Shown in pieces: positions 59,417 to 64,000 of a DNA stretch of 64,000 nt (its first letter is position 1; each line of letters starts with the position of its first letter). Position numbers and translations under genes: made by a program. This DNA comes from Octopus vulgaris. Its lineage: Eukaryota. The stretch is from positions 13,640,001-13,704,000 of the forward strand of contig OX597814.1 in assembly GCA_951406725.2 (NCBI GenBank). Reading direction: 5' to 3'. The notes under the pieces are model-generated. The model was not told where the DNA came from. It worked only from the letters and a program-made list of their open reading frames with translations, and ran no database searches.

Positions 59417-61529
59417 TTCGTCTGAGTTAGACGTGTTTTTTGGAGCTGCTTCAGATGTCACGTGTTAACGTGAAATATTGAACATTTGACTCGACTACAG
59501 GTAGGCGTTTTGTATTTTTGGGGGCGAAGTGAAGTTTTATTGCTTGCATTAATGTTTTTTAGCATTTAATATTTTTTAGCAGATAATAAAACTCCACTTT
59601 GCTCCAGATATAATTTTTCTGCCTGTTGTCGAGTGTAAAGAGAATTGTATTTTTAAAGCGGCGTAGTCCGTCTACAAAAATAGTTTTTGAAATTGTCTTT
59701 GTGTTATTCACGGGAATTACCAAGGAGTACCAAGGATTATTTTACCAAGGTGTTTTACCAACTGTGCATTTGGCCTGGAGTACAATTTTTTGGCCGAAAA
59801 CAGTGAAAACAAGAAAAAAAAAAGAAAAAAAAAATAATTCCTTTGTCTGGATTTGAACTCTCTTTCTCCGTCTATCATTTATTTTTAAAAAAGAACTTTT
59901 TTTGAACTGCTATTTCTAATTTTATTTCTCCTCTTCTGTTGCATTTTTCATTCTCCTTTCTGTGTCTTATTTTATGTTATCACATTTTGAACTGTTTTTT
60001 CTTACGTTATGAGAAAGAAATTCACTGTGTGGGAATTGACACCTCCCAAAAAATATTTGAATGACCTCGAGGACAAAACCGTGGTGTTGAGAACGTATTC
60101 AAAGTCGCTCAACACCATAATGGTTTTCCCAAAAGACACTATTGTTGACGAGCTGGCAGACTATATGCCAGCCGTTAAATACATTCAACGGGGAGCCAAA
60201 TACGCAACGATTTGGTTGCTGTTTGGCTCCCCTAAAGATGCTTGCGAGTTTGCAAGCAGGCCCATTGAGGGCAAGGAAATCTTGTTTCTCCCCAGTTACA
60301 GGGGAGAAAAATTGACAAGACTATGGGTCTGCGGCCTGCCACCCGGCATTGAACCCGAGTGGATAGAAGACTCTATCCGCCGGGGTCTGGGTGACAGGGA
60401 CGCAAAGATCCTGAACGTCAATATACAGTCTGCGGCTGATTGGGAGGGGGTCTAAGGCTACCTTAACCCTATGGACCCAGTCAGCCAAGAGTCTGGTTTT
60501 GCCAGACTTTTTGAGAATGGCCGGGTCCAAGTATCCGGTGATACTTGAGGGACGCCCCCCCCCCAGTTTCACCTGTGTTTGGAGACCGGCCACATCAAGA
60601 AGAGCTTCCCCAGGGACCAGAGTAGGATCCTGGAGCGGCTGATATTGGAGCATCTCCCTGCCTCTTCAATGGAGGGAGAGAAGCAAAGTGAGGAGGGGGA
60701 AAATCCTCCTCCAAAAGAAAGAGAAAGGCGGGGAGCAATGGCGACCCACCAAAGGACCCGAAAGCTGCGGGAGAGGAGAACCCGGTGCGCACAGCTCCGG
60801 AACCTCAGCCTCCCGTGGCCCAGGGCCAGAAGAAAAAGAAAAAAAAGAGAAACGGAGCGTCGCAGGCGGATTGCTACTCGCAGACGACGGTTCCCGAGCA
60901 TCCCGGGTCCTCTCAGGTGGGTATGCCGCCTGAGGGACAATTTGTAGAAGACTGCGTGCTCCTCTTTTTTAGGGGAGAAGCGGTGGAAAACACCGCACGG
61001 AAAGTGAAAAAGAGAGGACGCTGGGAGGGGCTCCGGCCCTGCACGGAAGACCCCGAGTGGCCTTCGCAGCTAGCTGCGGAGGTCGTGGGAATTTCTGATC
61101 TTCGCAGGATCATGAGTTCCTTCCCGGCAGACTCCTTCAAGTATATACTTCTGGACACCGGCCTGACCAGCGAGTATTGCCTCAATGAGGCAAGAGCAAT
61201 GGTCGGCCGGGTCACTTAGGCGGTGTAACATCTTTGTAACATGTGGAAGAGGAGGTTCGTTGCCTCCTCTAAAATATGTAATTTGATATCATGTGAACAT
61301 TTTGTAACATTTTGAAGAGGAGGTTTATTGCCTCCACTAAAATTTGTAATTTGTAATCATTGTATTAAATGTAATTATTGAACATTGTTTTAGAGAAGCA
61401 AAAGTCGGCGGGCGCTTTCTGACTTCTCCCATCACCATCTTCATCCACCACCACCACCATCATCCATTAATGTCTTTGTCCAGCCCGTAGCTACTCTGTG
61501 TGCTGCCCTAGTGGCAAATTATTGAAATA
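59417..61529 (+). mobile_element. ORF1-only (HAL1-like) non-LTR retroelement with Tx1/L1-like gag
   Basis: 16-bp TSD AAGTAGCTTACTAACC (59401-59416, 61530-61545); ~590-bp 5' UTR, one frameshifted ORF, 310-bp 3' UTR ending GAAATAA; no RT or endonuclease. Confidence 0.85.
60009..61219 (+). pseudogene. Frameshifted gag-like ORF1 (RRM-like region, degenerate CCHC knuckle, basic linker, conserved C-terminal domain)
   Basis: LTRLWVCGLPPGIEPEWI; LPDFLRMAGSKYPVILEGRPPP-SFTC/LETGHIKKSFP; C-terminal VLLFFRG..DPEWPSQLAAE..LNEARAM*. Confidence 0.8.
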
Positions 61530-61672
61530 AAGTAGCTTACTAACCAACCACATGGTTGCGGGTTCAGTCCCACTGCGTGGCATCTTGGGCGAGTGTCTTC
61601 TGCTATAGCCCCGGGCCGACCAATGCCTTGTGAGTGGATTTGGTAGACGGAAACTGAAAGAAGCCTGTCGTA

Positions 61673-61766
<94 letters not shown>

Positions 61767-61984
61767 TGTGCCTGTGTTTGTCCCCCTAGCATTGCTTGAC
61801 AACCGATGCTGGTGTGTTTACGTCCCCGTCATTTGCGGTTCAGCAAAAGAGACCGAAATAATAAGTACTGGGCTTTCAAAGATTAAGTCCCGGGGTCGAT
61901 TTGCTCGACTAAAGGCGGTGCTCCAGCATGGCCACAGTCAAATGACTGAAACAAGTAAAAGAGTAAAAACAAACAAATATATAC

Positions 61985-62535
61985 ACCATCGCTGACAACA
62001 CGAGCACACTCTATATATTTAGGGTCACCGTCGAACTCCCGAACAAATGAAAACATCATGAAAATTTATGAACTGATTTTCGAGATCGTTGAGTGGACAA
62101 TTGACGAACATGTTGATATGACTGGTGTGTTCTGGGGCTCCTGTCAATGAATTAAGAGCGAGAAAGGAGTTGCAGCAAATCTTGTGCCTCAGCCGCTCAC
62201 AACAAAAGATCAAAAGCAGTCATAACTGAAAGTGAGTCGTGGACTGAAAGAACAGCTGGAAGTTGATACAAACATTTTTTCAAAGTCTATCACTAGTGAC
62301 GAAAGCTGCTATTACAAAATTTAATAGATTAGGAAGAGGTGAAGAAGAAGGGATAAAAACGACGAATGCAAAACCCTACAAAAGTTTCAGCTTCCTTCGA
62401 ACATTAGATAACTCATCTTGATCGTTGCATTGTTTCAAATGAAGAATACTTTGAAGGTGATAATAGTGCAAACATGTAAAACTATGTAAGTACCATATCA
62501 CATAAAAGTATTTTTGGGGGGTACACCTTCGCACG
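61985..62535 (+). mobile_element. Internally deleted mariner relic
   Basis: AANLVPQPLT (WVP-like motif), ITSDES, CIVSNEEYFEGD, TIR-like TTTTTGGGGGGTACACCTTCG. Confidence 0.75.
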
Positions 62536-62579
62536 TACTTTATATACAGTAAAACGTAAACTGTATCATGTCGTCATGC

Positions 62580-62921
62580 TTACTCTTTACTCTTTTATTT
62601 GTTTCAGTCATTTCACTGCGGCCATGCTGGAGCACTGCCTTTAGTCGAGCAAATCGACCCCAGGACTTATTCTTTGTAAGCCTAGTATTTATTCTATTGG
62701 TCGCTTTAGCCGAACCTCTAATTCACGGGGATGTAATCACACCAGCATCGGTTGTCAAGTGATGTTGGGGGGAAACACAGATACACAAACACAAGCAGAA
62801 ACACACACATACACACACACATACATATACATATGCATATATACGACGGGCTTCTTTCAGTTTCCGTTTACCATGCAGTGGAACTGAACCTGGAACCATG
62901 TGGTTGGTAAGCAAGCTACTT
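62580..62921 (-). mobile_element. SINE family A starting at AAGTAGCTTGCTTACC (head replaced by an insertion; internal deletion)
   Basis: Reverse complement of 61530-61965. Confidence 0.9.
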
Positions 62922-63830
62922 ATTTCAAATAATTTTGTCATGAAGGCATGATACAGAGTAGCTTGTTAGCTGGACAGAAGCATTTATGAGATGAAACATG
63001 AAATGATATGAATGGGAAAAGACGTAACACGCCCACCGATCTTTTGCTTCTCTAAAACGTTATTTTTTTCACAAAAAACAGACCGGGGTACTGGACCTCT
63101 TACGTTTTCACAATTATTGGAATTAATCGTCCATTTACAAATTAAAACATTATTATTTTTACACAAAAAACAAAATGAGGTATTGAACGTCTAACTTCTG
63201 TTTATACAATTTTTGGACTTAATAGTCCATTTACAAATTGGGGCGATGAGCCTCTTACACACTTAGACATTATAACACTGAGGCTTTTCAACCTCTTATC
63301 AATTTTCCTCCCCCACTTCGCTTGGGCCCTTATATTCCGCCATAACCCACACCTCGTTTAAAATCGAGGACGGCTCCTCGTCGGCATCGCCTGGCCACAG
63401 GCAATAGTCCTCTTTGTGTCTCTCCAGCCTACGTATCAGGGGCAACATTATGGCCTCCACAGCTATCTGCGGAAGCCATTCGGGTCCCCGTGTGAAGTTT
63501 ACAGGTATTCAGTTATAATGTTTTTACACCACCTTTTCTACCTCTCCACTTCCGTAGAAGAAAATCAATAATTTGTCATCCTCCGGGGTCGAGGTAGTCA
63601 ATTCTACCGTTGGCAGCACAATTCCCACCAACGGTATGTCTTTCTCTGTCGGTGGCACAACCGACGAGGTTACAGCTTCCTCTGTCGGTGGCACGATTCC
63701 CACCGAAGAGGCCTCGGAACATGCTGGCTGTACACTGCATACCTCCAGCATTGTCCCATTCTTCTTTCTCTTTTTTCTTTTTTACATTTGGTGCGGGAAG
63801 GTTTTTTTTTTCGCTTTCCAACCTTTTACG
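62922..63830 (-). mobile_element. Second, diverged, 5'-incomplete ORF1-only element
   Basis: 3' end homologous to 61385-61529; ORF remnant to stop at 63299-63301 reads LLIFFYG..GPEWLPQIAVE..IRRL..ILNEVWVM; internal VPPTE repeats. Confidence 0.8.
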
Positions 63831-63864
63831 TTCATATAACATATAAATAAGTGTTATGTGAACG

Positions 63865-63923
<59 letters not shown>

Positions 63924-64000
63924 AGAGGTAATGCAGTACAATTTTTTATTGCAACTCCATTTAATTGAGTTCAGTTAAATGGAGTTGAATGAAACGATCG

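Larger units (their letters stand above)
59379..61965 (+). mobile_element. SINE family A split by a 2.1-kb insertion (head 59379-59416, remainder 61530-61965)
   Basis: The two halves join into the sequence seen intact at 46348. Confidence 0.92.

Noticed and set aside
63829-63864. 13-bp hairpin CGTTCATATAACA/TGTTATGTGAACG as a Helitron end
   Set aside because: No CTRR terminus nearby and no associated Helitron body.

Overview
This is AT-rich, microsatellite-dense eukaryotic DNA with a 100-N scaffold gap at 19697-19796. Its tRNA-derived SINE families look like those of octopod cephalopods (inference). I could not support any intact host gene, and almost all ORF-track entries are translated microsatellites. 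The window is mostly decayed transposons: Tc1, mariner, maT, Chapaev3-like and hAT DNA elements, RTE, CR1 and R4/Dong LINE remnants, Penelope-like RT and GIY-YIG fragments, many SINEs, and a possible RPP38/L7Ae pseudogene. Two things stand out. First, two highly diverged ORF1-only (gag-like, no RT) non-LTR elements at 59417-61529 (+) and 62922-~63830 (-) share a C-terminal protein domain and a structured 3' end, and both join the same nucleotide of the same SINE family, suggesting a SINE-targeting half-LINE. Second, at least nine hammerhead-ribozyme-like motifs of several architectures occur in non-coding Penelope-type termini. All calls come from manual reading and translation; no searches were run.
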